Origin: Armatimonadota bacterium
GTDB taxonomy: Bacteria > Armatimonadota > UBA5829 > DTJY01
Direction: 5' to 3'
DNA: 64,000 nt
NCBI GenBank assembly: GCA_035528905.1
Contig: DATKXU010000082.1
Span: 57,838 to 121,837, forward strand
The number at the start of each line of letters is the position of its first letter. The first letter of the stretch is position 1. The notes below the pieces were generated by a model. The model had not been told where the DNA came from. It ran no database searches and saw only the letters and a list, made by a program, of their open reading frames with translations. Below, in pieces: positions 27,772 through 36,701 of this stretch. A program made the translations under genes and the position numbers.

Positions 27772-30183
27772 ATGCTTCACGCATCCGAGGGCGCCCGGCC
27801 ATTCAGCTACTCGAAGACGGCGGCCTTCTCAGTGCTCGGCGTGTTCGCCTTGGCGGACGGCGCCCGGGCGTCTGAGGCCATCGAGCTTCCGGCCTTTGGC
27901 AGCTTCGAGAACTCGATCCTATGGGTGGTCTTCTTCTCCGCCATCGTCGGCATCCTATTCGGGCTGGGATGGCTGCTCAAGGTTCTGAAAGAGAGTCCCG
28001 GCTCGGCGGCCATGCAAGAGGTATCCGCGGCGGTCCAGGAAGGCGCGATGGCCTACCTGAAGCGCCAGTTCAAGACGATGATCTGGTTCGTAGCGCTAAT
28101 CACCATCGGCCTCTATTTCCTGTATAAGCCTATCTACGCGAGGCCGCAGGAAGCCGCGGTGCCGATAGGGGTTTCCATCGCCTTTCTAATGGGCGTATTC
28201 GCCTCCTACATTGCCGGCTTCGTAGGCATGTATATGGCCGTGCGCGCGAACGTCCGCACTGCGAATGCGGCGCTTTCCAGCTTCAAGAAGGCACTGGCGA
28301 TCGCATTCCAGGCGGGCGCTGTATCGGGCATGGCGACCGTCGGCCTGGGACTCCTCGGCGCGACGATCATCTTCTTCATCTTCCAAGAGCAATCCATGAA
28401 GGTTCTGATCGGCTTCGGCTTCGGCGGATGTCTGGCAGCTCTTTTCATGAGGATCGGAGGCGGCATTTACACGAAGGCGGCCGACGTCGGCGCTGACCTC
28501 GTAGGGAAGATCGAGAAGGGGATCCCCGAGGACGACCCCAGGAACGCGGCGACCATCGCGGACAATGTGGGCGACAACGTGGGCGACTGCGCCGGTATGG
28601 CGGCCGATGTATTCGAGAGCTATGAGGTTACGCTGGTGGCAGCGATCATCCTCGGCGCGGCGGCTGCAGGCGCAGTCGGCGCAGGTAATGTGACGAAGCT
28701 CATCATGTATCCGCTGCTGGTTCGCGCGGTCGGAGTCATAGCCTCCATAATAGGCGTGTTCATGGTTCGAGGGCGCGACGACAGAGATATAGACCCGATG
28801 AAACCGATCAACATCGGCTTCTGGGGATCGGCGATCCTGGCGACGATTGGCTTCAGCGCGGTGAGCTACTGGATGTTCAAGGGCGGCATAGGCCAGTTCA
28901 AATGGTGGCAGTTCGCCGGCGCGAACTTCATGGGCATTGTACTAACGCTGGTGATCGGCAGGTTGACCGAGCACTTCACCGATATTGACAAAGGGCCTGT
29001 GACTGAGGCCGCATATGCCACCAGAACCGGCCCTGCCACTCTCATTCTGACCGGCTTTGCGAGCGGCCTGGAATCGAGCGTCTGGTCAATAGTGGCGATC
29101 GCCGGTGCGATATTCGGATCCTATCTGATATTCGCGGGAAATGCCGCTCTGGCGGCCTATGGAATTGCTCTTTCGGGCCTGGGGCTGCTGACCACGACCG
29201 GCTACATCCTGGCGATGGACACCTACGGCCCGATCTCCGACAATGCAAACGGAATCTTCGAGATGTCCGGCGCGCTCAGGGAGCAGGGCGAAGACTCTCC
29301 TGCCTCCAGGATCGTCGCGAAGCTCGACGCGGTGGGCAACACAACCAAAGCGCTGACCAAGGGGTTTGCGATCGCGACCGCCGTCATCGCCGCGACGGCA
29401 CTTTTCCGCTCCTTCATGGCGGACGCCAACCTGCTGGAAATCGGCCTCCACATCGAGTGGACGGAAGTCTTTATCGGATTCCTCATCGGCGGCGCAGTGC
29501 CGTTCCTGTTCTGCTCGTTCGCCATCAAAGCGGTGAGCCGCGCTGCCTTCCTGCTGGTAGAGGAGGTGCGGCGGCAGTTCCGCGAGCATCCGGGCATCAT
29601 GGATTTCAAGGAGAAGCCCGACTACGCCCGATGCGTGGCAATCAGCACCGCGGCCGCTCAGAAGGAACTTCTCGGCCCTGCAATCCTGGCTGTGGCGACT
29701 CCAATCCTGGTGACATTCGGACTGGGGTACACGGACCCTATGCGCGGCGCGGCGGCATTGGGAGGCTATCTCGCCGGAGCGATCCTGACCGGCCAGCTCA
29801 TGGCCGTCCTGCTTGCGAATTCAGGCGGCCTGTGGGACAACGCCAAGAAGAAGATCGAAGCGGGCCTATTCGGCGGAAAGGGCACTGAGTATCACAAGGC
29901 CGCTGTGGTAGGCGACACCGTCGGCGATCCGTTCAAGGACACCGCCGGCCCGGCGCTGAACCCGCTGATCAAGGTCATGAACCTGGTCGGCATCCTGGCC
30001 GCCCCGATCGCCATTGCTCCGATCGCCCCTGCTGTGAGAACTGCAATAGTGCTGCTAACCGTATTCGCACTTGCCGCGGCAGTCGCATTCAACAAGCGAG
30101 GCGGCATCACGGTCCAGGGGGAAGTCGTAGCGGAGGCGCAAACCGCGGTGGAAGACCTGCCGGAGCCCATCGAGAGCAAGTAG
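27772..30183 (+). CDS. hppA: Membrane-bound proton-translocating pyrophosphatase, K+-independent type (GNTTKA)
   Basis: 803 aa, ~16 TM; motifs GGG(I/V)YTKAADVGADLVGK and DNVGDNVGDCAGMAADVFESY; GNTTKA (Lys) marks K+-independent H+-PPases. Confidence 0.95.
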   Translation: MLHASEGARPFSYSKTAAFSVLGVFALADGARASEAIELPAFGSFENSILWVVFFSAIVGILFGLGWLLKVLKESPGSAAMQEVSAAVQEGAMAYLKRQFKTMIWFVALITIGLYFLYKPIYARPQEAAVPIGVSIAFLMGVFASYIAGFVGMYMAVRANVRTANAALSSFKKALAIAFQAGAVSGMATVGLGLLGATIIFFIFQEQSMKVLIGFGFGGCLAALFMRIGGGIYTKAADVGADLVGKIEKGIPEDDPRNAATIADNVGDNVGDCAGMAADVFESYEVTLVAAIILGAAAAGAVGAGNVTKLIMYPLLVRAVGVIASIIGVFMVRGRDDRDIDPMKPINIGFWGSAILATIGFSAVSYWMFKGGIGQFKWWQFAGANFMGIVLTLVIGRLTEHFTDIDKGPVTEAAYATRTGPATLILTGFASGLESSVWSIVAIAGAIFGSYLIFAGNAALAAYGIALSGLGLLTTTGYILAMDTYGPISDNANGIFEMSGALREQGEDSPASRIVAKLDAVGNTTKALTKGFAIATAVIAATALFRSFMADANLLEIGLHIEWTEVFIGFLIGGAVPFLFCSFAIKAVSRAAFLLVEEVRRQFREHPGIMDFKEKPDYARCVAISTAAAQKELLGPAILAVATPILVTFGLGYTDPMRGAAALGGYLAGAILTGQLMAVLLANSGGLWDNAKKKIEAGLFGGKGTEYHKAAVVGDTVGDPFKDTAGPALNPLIKVMNLVGILAAPIAIAPIAPAVRTAIVLLTVFALAAAVAFNKRGGITVQGEVVAEAQTAVEDLPEPIESK

Positions 30184-30225
30184 GGCTTGGCGCTTCGTCA
30201 TAGTAGGCATGGCTAGAAACACCGA

Positions 30226-30257
30226 GGCCGGGGGTCTTGTGATCCCCGGCCCTTTTA
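30226..30257 (+). terminator. Intrinsic terminator of hppA (GGCCGGGG / CCCCGGCC stem followed by TTTT)
   Basis: 8-bp GC stem 30226-30233 / 30244-30251 with 10-nt loop and a T-tract at 30253-30256. Confidence 0.7.
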
Positions 30258-30457
30258 TGTGCTGGACCCCCATAGTGCAATCCTGTAACGACTTGGAGTT
30301 GTACACTCGTTACATCAGAGCAGGAAAAAAGTGCCTTATGGTGAATCATCTATACAAGGGTCACATTAGGGCATGGCTGGTAGCTTGTGTAAGTACAGAT
30401 GTTTTCTCTAATGTCAGCGCCGATAACGCCGTAGTACCAGTATAGGAGGGGATACTA

Positions 30458-31525
30458 ATGCGACGCAAGGCCGCTACAAAGCCGGACGAGGCGAGCACCA
30501 CCGCCACAGCCCCCATCGAACCGGGAGGTGTGTTCATAAGCCACGTCCACGAGGACGAGCCTCTTGCCGAGGCTTTTGAATTACTTATCCACAACGTAAG
30601 CGCTGGTGTAGTCCCCACTTTCAGATCAACCGCAAAACAGTTTGGTGGGGGAATCCAATACGGCGAGGAATGGTTCCGCTGGATATGTGAAAGCGTAAAC
30701 AAGGCAAAGCACATTGTAGCTCTGCTGACTCCGGCAAGCGTAAGTCGTCCGTGGATTCTATTCGAAGCCGGCCTGGGAAAAGGAAAGTCTGATGGTGTGG
30801 TTTTTGGTGTCGGACTTGGAATTTCCCGCGAAGATGCCTATAAGGGGCCTTTTGCTGCGCTTCAAAACTGCGGCGCAGAAGAAAAAGAACTGGTAAAGCT
30901 GTGCAAGGAATTAATCGAGGGAACTCAGGCAAAACCACGTGACGAGATGATCAGCAAATGTGTTGCGGAATTTCGCGCTACGGTCGAGGCGCATTTCGCG
31001 AACCAGAAATCAGGAAAGAAGGCAAGCGAAGATCCGACCAGCGTTGCGGTCTTTCAAGCGTTGGAAGAAATGAAGCTCATGCTCCGGGATCAAACCCGAA
31101 TGTTTGAAACGGATATGCCAAGGTTTCCCAGGCGAGACCGCGACATTGAGCGCCTTACTATGGTTGTCTTTGAACACTCCGGATTGCTCGAATCTGAACC
31201 AAAACTGCACTTAGCTTTCCTCGCAGGGCTCGCTACTGAACTAGGATACTTCTTCGTAAAGCCGCTTGTCGATTACATAGTAAATTCAAAACAAGCCATC
31301 CCAGGGGAACGTCTTGATGGAATGCACTTCTTGCTGCATGATATGTTTATGCGCCTGGAACCCCGCGGCAAGATGGATCACCATTTGCTTAGAACCATTG
31401 AGCAGGCGCTTCATACACGCCTCGACCAAAGGCTCAGCTCTAAAAACACCGGTTCGCCAGGGAAGTTCACCCCCTCAACTGCCTTAAGGTCAAGGGTTGC
31501 GAAGGCCCGGAGCGACAATCCGTAA
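30458..31525 (+). CDS. TIR-domain protein (bacterial TIR NADase-like) with uncharacterised C-terminal ~200-aa helical domain
   Basis: [16 protein letters not shown] matches the bacterial TIR (D/V)FISHAxEDK box; [12 protein letters not shown] and [10 protein letters not shown] match the WxxxE catalytic-Glu region; RBS AGGAGGGG upstream; gene GC ~50% against ~63% flanking. Confidence 0.8.
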   Translation: MRRKAATKPDEASTTATAPIEPGGVFISHVHEDEPLAEAFELLIHNVSAGVVPTFRSTAKQFGGGIQYGEEWFRWICESVNKAKHIVALLTPASVSRPWILFEAGLGKGKSDGVVFGVGLGISREDAYKGPFAALQNCGAEEKELVKLCKELIEGTQAKPRDEMISKCVAEFRATVEAHFANQKSGKKASEDPTSVAVFQALEEMKLMLRDQTRMFETDMPRFPRRDRDIERLTMVVFEHSGLLESEPKLHLAFLAGLATELGYFFVKPLVDYIVNSKQAIPGERLDGMHFLLHDMFMRLEPRGKMDHHLLRTIEQALHTRLDQRLSSKNTGSPGKFTPSTALRSRVAKARSDNP

Positions 31526-31628
31526 GACCGGGAGTTTTGGCTGCCAGGCTGCCAGATGGACATCAGCAGGAAGAAGTTACCTGAGTGGTGAAATGTATGA
31601 TCCGATCCTGCAGAGGAGGATAACCTCC

Positions 31629-31928
31629 ATGAGCTTGCACATCCACGTTAATCCCGAGCAGATAGCCGACTTTTGCCGTCGCAACCATATCCGCAGGCTA
31701 GCTTTCTTTGGGTCGGTTTTGACAGATGAATTTCGCCCGGACAGCGACGTTGATGTTCTGGTGGAATTCGAGCCGAATTACCGCGTCGGTTTGCTGCGCA
31801 TGGCCGAAATGGAAATAGAACTTTCCCGCATCATCGGGCAGAAAGCAGATATGCGGACCCCCAATGACCTGAGCAGGTACTTCAGAGATGAAGTTGTAGC
31901 GAAAGCTGAGGTGCAATATGCTGCCTAA
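31629..31928 (+). CDS. mntA: Nucleotidyltransferase-domain antitoxin MntA (minimal NTase, type VII TA)
   Basis: GS-x9-DxD NTase motif ([22 protein letters not shown]). Start set at ATG 31629, preceded by GAGGAGG; overlaps hepT by 11 nt. Confidence 0.8.
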   Translation: MSLHIHVNPEQIADFCRRNHIRRLAFFGSVLTDEFRPDSDVDVLVEFEPNYRVGLLRMAEMEIELSRIIGQKADMRTPNDLSRYFRDEVVAKAEVQYAA

Positions 31929-32262
31929 AGACGATGCTATTCGTTTGCGCCATATGCTGGAGGCCGCGCAGGAAGCCGTTGCATTCACCAACAATCGAAA
32001 CAGACAGGACCTCGACGCTGATCGCATGCTAACTTTTGCGCTTGTTCACGCTATTGAGATAATCGGAGAGGCAGCTTCAAAGGTTAGTGCTGAGGGACGA
32101 TCAGCTTGTCCACGTTTACCTTGGACAAGTATTATCGGCATGCGAAACCGACTGATTCATGCGTATTTCGATATTGATCTTGACCGCGTCTGGGAAACGG
32201 TTACTGATGACTTGCCACCATTGATGGCCAAACTGGAAGCGATCATCTCGAAGAACGATTAG
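31918..32262 (+). CDS. hepT: HEPN-domain toxin HepT (DUF86)
   Basis: Rx4HxY HEPN RNase motif (RNRLIHAY); 114 aa; overlapping arrangement with the NTase gene typical of HepT/MntA. Confidence 0.85.
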   Translation: MLPKDDAIRLRHMLEAAQEAVAFTNNRNRQDLDADRMLTFALVHAIEIIGEAASKVSAEGRSACPRLPWTSIIGMRNRLIHAYFDIDLDRVWETVTDDLPPLMAKLEAIISKND

Positions 32263-33050
32263 ACTTAGGGCAGCCCTCAAAGTCCCGAATCATCCGCATT
32301 CTGCCCTAGCAGAATCAATTGTTCCAGCCGTTCCACCAGGCTGCGGATCGGGCGGCCTGCGGTATCGGGCCGGCTGGAAAGCTGCCGATACCTCTCCACT
32401 ATCTCCCGACGAACCTCCTGCGGCAAGATCGGGACTAGTATTGACTTTATCCGGTCGAAGTTGATTCCACACGGGCCGACGCCGCATTTCTCGCGGTGGA
32501 TCTGAAGGCGGGCGAACCGCGTTTGCAGGTAGACCGCCAGGTACTCCGGCTCTACATCTCTGACACGCACGAGATTGATGTGCTGGCTGATATTGCACGG
32601 CTCGTCCGAGTAGAAGACCGCCGCCCGGCCGATGCACCCTACCCCACTGTTTGCCAGAAGCAGGTCGCCCTTTTGTAGTCGGCTCCGCGCCGGATCATTA
32701 CGAGAGCCTGGTGGCACAAACCGTTCGGGTGAACGGATATCCACCCCGATCACGAAGCCCTCGCCGGTTGTGACGAGGTTCGCAGGTGTCAGCAGCCGGA
32801 CGCCGGATTCCGCCAACTCCCGTTTCCCCACCTGGCCGTAAGTCGTGTACTCGATCAATTCGCCCAAAGTGACCGCGTTCGGCAGGCCCCTCAGGAGGCG
32901 GAGGTTTTCGGTGTATTTACGGTGATAGTAGGCAGGATCCAATCTGTCGCCTGGGGACAAGATTTCCGCCGGAAAGACCACCCACGGCAGGCATTCGATT
33001 TCGGACTTGTCCGCCGGAGCCTTGGCATAGGAGGATTTGGGATTTCGGGT

Positions 33051-33178
33051 TGCGGATTGACCTACCCCCCTTCCTGCCTCCCCCCGAAGCGGAGGGAGGA
33101 GCACCTTCTCCCCTCTCCGCATCGGAGAGGGGCCGGGGGTGAGGTTTGGCTCGTCGGCTGCCGACCACTGTGCAAAAT
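33051..33178. repeat. Dispersed ~100-130-bp repeat, copy 1, inside the methyltransferase reading frame
   Basis: ~96% identical over ~95 bp to 47251-47355 (gcggagggaggagcaccttctcccctctccgcatcggagag...gaggtttggct.gtcggctgccgacca.tgtgcaaaat). Contains palindrome GTCGGCTGCCGAC and an imperfect hairpin; copy 1 has a 26-bp C-rich insertion. Confidence 0.75.
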
Positions 33179-33641
33179 CGGCGAACTGCTCGGCCAGGCG
33201 CTCAATTCCAGCCTGCCAGGAGGCACGAGATTCGAGTGCGGCGCTGAATACACGGCCCGGAAGCGCAGGATTCCTCTGGAAAACCAATACACTGGCCTTC
33301 GAAGCCGCGCCGGTGCGGTAAAACGTGTGCCGGGGAAGGCTGACAATCGCCCTGATCGCCGCGCGGCTCGAGAGCCATTCACGCACGTAGGAAAGCCGTG
33401 CGTTCGCCAGGATTCCGTCAGGCACAACCATCGCGACGTATCCGCCCGGCCTCGCAAGCTGCCAGAAGCGCTCCAGAAAGAGCACCTCGATCCGATACTT
33501 GGCGAGATCGGCGGCGTGTTGTCCATCCCGCCATATCGTGAAGTTTTCCCTGATGGCGCGAGCGAGCTGCTCGAAGTCCGGCGACGATCTCAGGCTCAAT
33601 GTGCCGAATGGAGGATTGCCGACGACCCAGTCGAAAGGAGT

Positions 33642-33684
33642 ATGGGGGTATGGGAGTGTGGGTGGATGGGAGTGTGGGTGGATG
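33642..33684. repeat. Tandem 16-bp duplication (ATGGGAGTGTGGGTGG x2, partial third) adjacent to a G5 tract, inside the methyltransferase
   Basis: Read directly: tatgggggtatgggagtgtgggtggatgggagtgtgggtggatg. On the coding strand it encodes the His/Pro/Thr-rich linker HTPIHPHSHTP. Confidence 0.8.
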
Positions 33685-34016
33685 TAGTTCTGTCCACATC
33701 TCCCAGTACGCATAAGCCGTCGCCGATGAAAAGGTTCGCGCGGCCCAGCAAGCCGTTTTCTTTCCAGGCTGCCGCCATCCGATTGTCTTTCTCGATGCCG
33801 AAAAGCCGATCTGGAGAAGTAATGCCGTGCTCCAGGGCATAGGCCAGAAAAGCACCTTCGCCGCACGCAGGGTCAATAATGCGCGGACACCGGGCATTGG
33901 AATCGAGGGCTCGGAGCATACGGTAGCACAGTTCGACTACCGGCTCGGGGGTGAAGTACTGGCCGAGCATCCTGGCGCGATCCATGCCCTGATATAGCAC
34001 AGAAACCCGCGCGTGG

Positions 34017-36029
34017 TCAACAGCCGACGCGAAGCGTCCTTACAACGCCGCCTTTCAAATCCGTGCGCATCCAGATTGCGTCGCCGGTAAACTCGAAGCC
34101 CAGGAATCGCTTGACCCTGCCGACCATCTCCTGCTCGTGGCAGATAACGAAAATGTCCTCGCATTCGGGAAGACGGATGGAAATCGCGGATATCTGTCCG
34201 GGGCGGGGTTCCGTTTCGTCTATCGTGCACCTCAGCGGCCGGACTTCCGGAACAACAGTTTTGCCCGCAGGAGACGGATAGAGCACAGTCTCAAAGGCTA
34301 TCGGCGCTACGCAAGTTCTGGTGAAAACCGCCGTGGGGGCAGGCTCGCGCTCGTTGTACTGGTAGGAAACGAATCCCAGAACAGGCGTCTCCTCCGCCTC
34401 AACAATGCGAACTTCCGCGTCATCCGACCTCACCACAGCCAAGTTCGCGGCATCAGGAACGTCGGTTCGAGCGAAACCCCTGCCCGCCGCAACTTTTCCC
34501 GGCACGAAATGCCAGAGTTGCTCGAACTTGTGCTCGCCATCGCCCCTCAGGAGATCAATCACAATCCAGTATTCCGGCTTAACGAAGAAGACCTTCCGAA
34601 TATGGGCCACGGAGGCGTCGTTCTGCGGCCCGAAGCCCTCGTCGTATGCACCTTCGGCATAGTCAAACTCCGCCGACGACACCCACCGATTACCTGGCGC
34701 AGGCGCCTTCACGACCCACCTGCTCGGATCGGTTGCTGCGCGGTTCTGGCCCATCCCATCCACGAGGATAAGATTATGCCCGCCCGCCCCATGAAAAGGC
34801 GCTCCAACGTGATAAGAGTAGCGCCCGGGATCCACAACAAGCGCCCTGCCATAGGCGCAGACCTCGATATTCAGCTTGTCTTCGTGCTGGTGCCGCTCGC
34901 CGAAGGGCCCGGCATCCATCATCAGATACAAATCCTGCGGACCATCGCCGGTTCGCATGCAAGATATCCCGGCGTAGGGGAAGAAGACGGAATCGCGCTC
35001 CCGCTCGATTTCCAGCAGAGCCTTGGTCTCCGGCGCCTTGTCCGCGCCGAGCGAGATAGCCGGCTCCACAATCCAGTAAGACGCGCTGCCCAGGTCGGAG
35101 TCGTTGATCATCGGCCAGTTTGCGTCGGGCCGCATGATGCCGGCATTGAACTGCATCATCCTCCTCAGCCCATCATAGTACTCTGCTGGAAAATCGAATC
35201 CGGGAGCGATCCGTTTCAGGACTATCGGCTGGAGGAAGTTCCAGAGACTGAGGGTATGGTAGGAGGCCGTCAACTCGAACTGAGCGCCGTCCGGGTATAC
35301 CTGTGCCGCCATTCCCTCGGACAAGCGTCCGATCGCCGCCTCGCGCCACTCCGGGGCATCCCTGAACTCCGGAAAAAGCGCGCCGACGTGCAGAAGGCCG
35401 TTGTTCTCCATAAGAGTCCAGTTGCAGGCCGTCGGGAACTTCAGCAGATAATCGGCGTGGTCGGCGAATGACTTCAGCATCAGGATCCGAGCGTCCACGG
35501 TGAAGCTGGGCGAGTTTCTGAAGAAATGCCAGGCCATCGGCCACGAGCTGAGCATCCGGATGCCCGCCTCTATCGTGCGCCAGGCCGCGCTGTCGTTCGC
35601 ACACTCCGCCGGGACAGGGTTGCTGATTACCCAGTCGGCGACGATTTCATTGAAATCCGCGGCGTATTCCTCATCCCCGGTGCGCTGATACTCCTGAGCG
35701 AGCGTCTGGAAGAAATAGTGGCGGTTCAGTACCCACGTCCACTCGCGGTCGCCAAACGGATTAGTAGCCCAGGCGATCTTGCCTTCCAGCTGAGCCGTTT
35801 TCAGAAGAATGGTGAACTTCCGCGCCAGGATTTCATCGGCTGTTGCATCATCCTGAAACACGAACAGCCTTTGCTCCAACTTATCAGAATACCAACCGGG
35901 CTGCCCGCGGGTCCTATAGTACTCGACAAGCAATCCCTTTGCCCGGTTGCAGTTCCCGGACGTCACCGCTGCCTTTACAGCCTCCAGGCCGGGGCGCTCA
36001 AGGTCCAGCAGATCAAATACATCCAGCAC
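34017..36029 (-). CDS. Heparinase II/III-like polysaccharide lyase (alginate-lyase-like N-domain + heparinase II/III domain)
   Basis: 670 aa. WATNPFGDREWTWVLNRHYFF is alginate-lyase-like; central HQHEDKLNIEVCAYGRALVVDPGRYSY resembles the heparinase II/III HxHxD region. Confidence 0.7.
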   Translation of the reverse strand: MLDVFDLLDLERPGLEAVKAAVTSGNCNRAKGLLVEYYRTRGQPGWYSDKLEQRLFVFQDDATADEILARKFTILLKTAQLEGKIAWATNPFGDREWTWVLNRHYFFQTLAQEYQRTGDEEYAADFNEIVADWVISNPVPAECANDSAAWRTIEAGIRMLSSWPMAWHFFRNSPSFTVDARILMLKSFADHADYLLKFPTACNWTLMENNGLLHVGALFPEFRDAPEWREAAIGRLSEGMAAQVYPDGAQFELTASYHTLSLWNFLQPIVLKRIAPGFDFPAEYYDGLRRMMQFNAGIMRPDANWPMINDSDLGSASYWIVEPAISLGADKAPETKALLEIERERDSVFFPYAGISCMRTGDGPQDLYLMMDAGPFGERHQHEDKLNIEVCAYGRALVVDPGRYSYHVGAPFHGAGGHNLILVDGMGQNRAATDPSRWVVKAPAPGNRWVSSAEFDYAEGAYDEGFGPQNDASVAHIRKVFFVKPEYWIVIDLLRGDGEHKFEQLWHFVPGKVAAGRGFARTDVPDAANLAVVRSDDAEVRIVEAEETPVLGFVSYQYNEREPAPTAVFTRTCVAPIAFETVLYPSPAGKTVVPEVRPLRCTIDETEPRPGQISAISIRLPECEDIFVICHEQEMVGRVKRFLGFEFTGDAIWMRTDLKGGVVRTLRVGC

Positions 36030-36642
36030 GGCCCTGCCTCCTTATGCTCTGGCATCTTAGACCTTAAACGCGGCTTGGGAACACACCTCCCTACCAACAA
36101 GAAAACGGCCGTTCCCATGGTTCATGAGAACGACCGTGCGAATGAGAATGCGATACCGGGCAGCTTGGCCGCGGTATCCAGGTCTCAGACAGCCTGGTCT
36201 ACGGGACTAGGACGGGATACTCGGAACGGCTGAATTCAGACGCGGATGCTTGGCTCTCAGGAGGGGCTCCCAATATCTCCCCGATCGAGGGACGCAAGAT
36301 CGCCACTAGAAAGGAAGACCACCGAAGGCTGCGGTTGCAACAAACACAGGACTCTTCATCAGACTGGTTCAAGGCACCGCACCAGAAGCACTTTTCCACC
36401 TGTACTTACTCCTTCCCGTTCTGCGCCAGGGTACGAGGTTAATACCCAAGGCAACAGTCTCCCAAACCTGCCATCTCTGCCCCGGCAGGCCAGGAGTTGT
36501 ACTTATGCCATCCGTGGGATGACAGAGGCACCTCACATAGAGGGGGCTGCAAGATTCATGCCAGTATTAATGCTGGCATTGAATTTCTAGCAAAAATACC
36601 GGGTAGACGTTCATGTACTAGAAAACATTTCAAAGGGGCCGG

Positions 36643-36676
36643 GGATGGAGTATTGGAGTAGTGGAGTGTTGGAGTA
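36643..36676. repeat. Four tandem 8-bp repeats GGAGTnnT (ggagtatt ggagtagt ggagtgtt ggagtaat) in the 670-bp intergenic gap
   Basis: Read directly; member of a G-rich micro-repeat family also seen at 27520, 33642 and 46262. Confidence 0.7.
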
Positions 36677-36701
36677 ATGCCTTCCCGCGGGTTGTGAGCA
36701 G

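Larger units (their letters stand above)
32277..34000 (-). pseudogene. Frameshifted N6-adenine DNA methyltransferase (gamma class, M.TaqI-like) fused to an HsdS-like target-recognition domain
   Basis: Upstream frame (34000..33596) carries motif X-I (YFTPEPVVE..., IIDPACGEGAFL) and stops. Downstream frame (to 32277) carries motif IV DWVVGNPPFG plus a TRD-like C-terminus. The frames overlap 33596-33866; a +1 in the G5 tract at 33644-33648 would join them (..HTPPHTPFDWVVGNPPF..). Confidence 0.7.

Noticed and set aside
32277-33866. Annotated N-terminus of the 529-aa ORF (MRRRCFSGLCPGARHY...RTGRCGQNY) taken as a real start for an independent gene
   Set aside because: This stretch overlaps the upstream methyltransferase frame, which carries motifs X and I. 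Sense is restored by a +1 at the G5 tract, so it is out-of-frame sequence of a single interrupted gene.
36030-36701. Possible RNase P, tmRNA, SRP RNA or tRNA in the large intergenic gap
   Set aside because: Hallmark motifs were not found by eye: GGAAAGUCCGG / ACAGAACCCGGCUUA for RNase P, GGUUCGAnUCC T-loops for tRNA, and the tmRNA termini. Left only as an unverified possibility.
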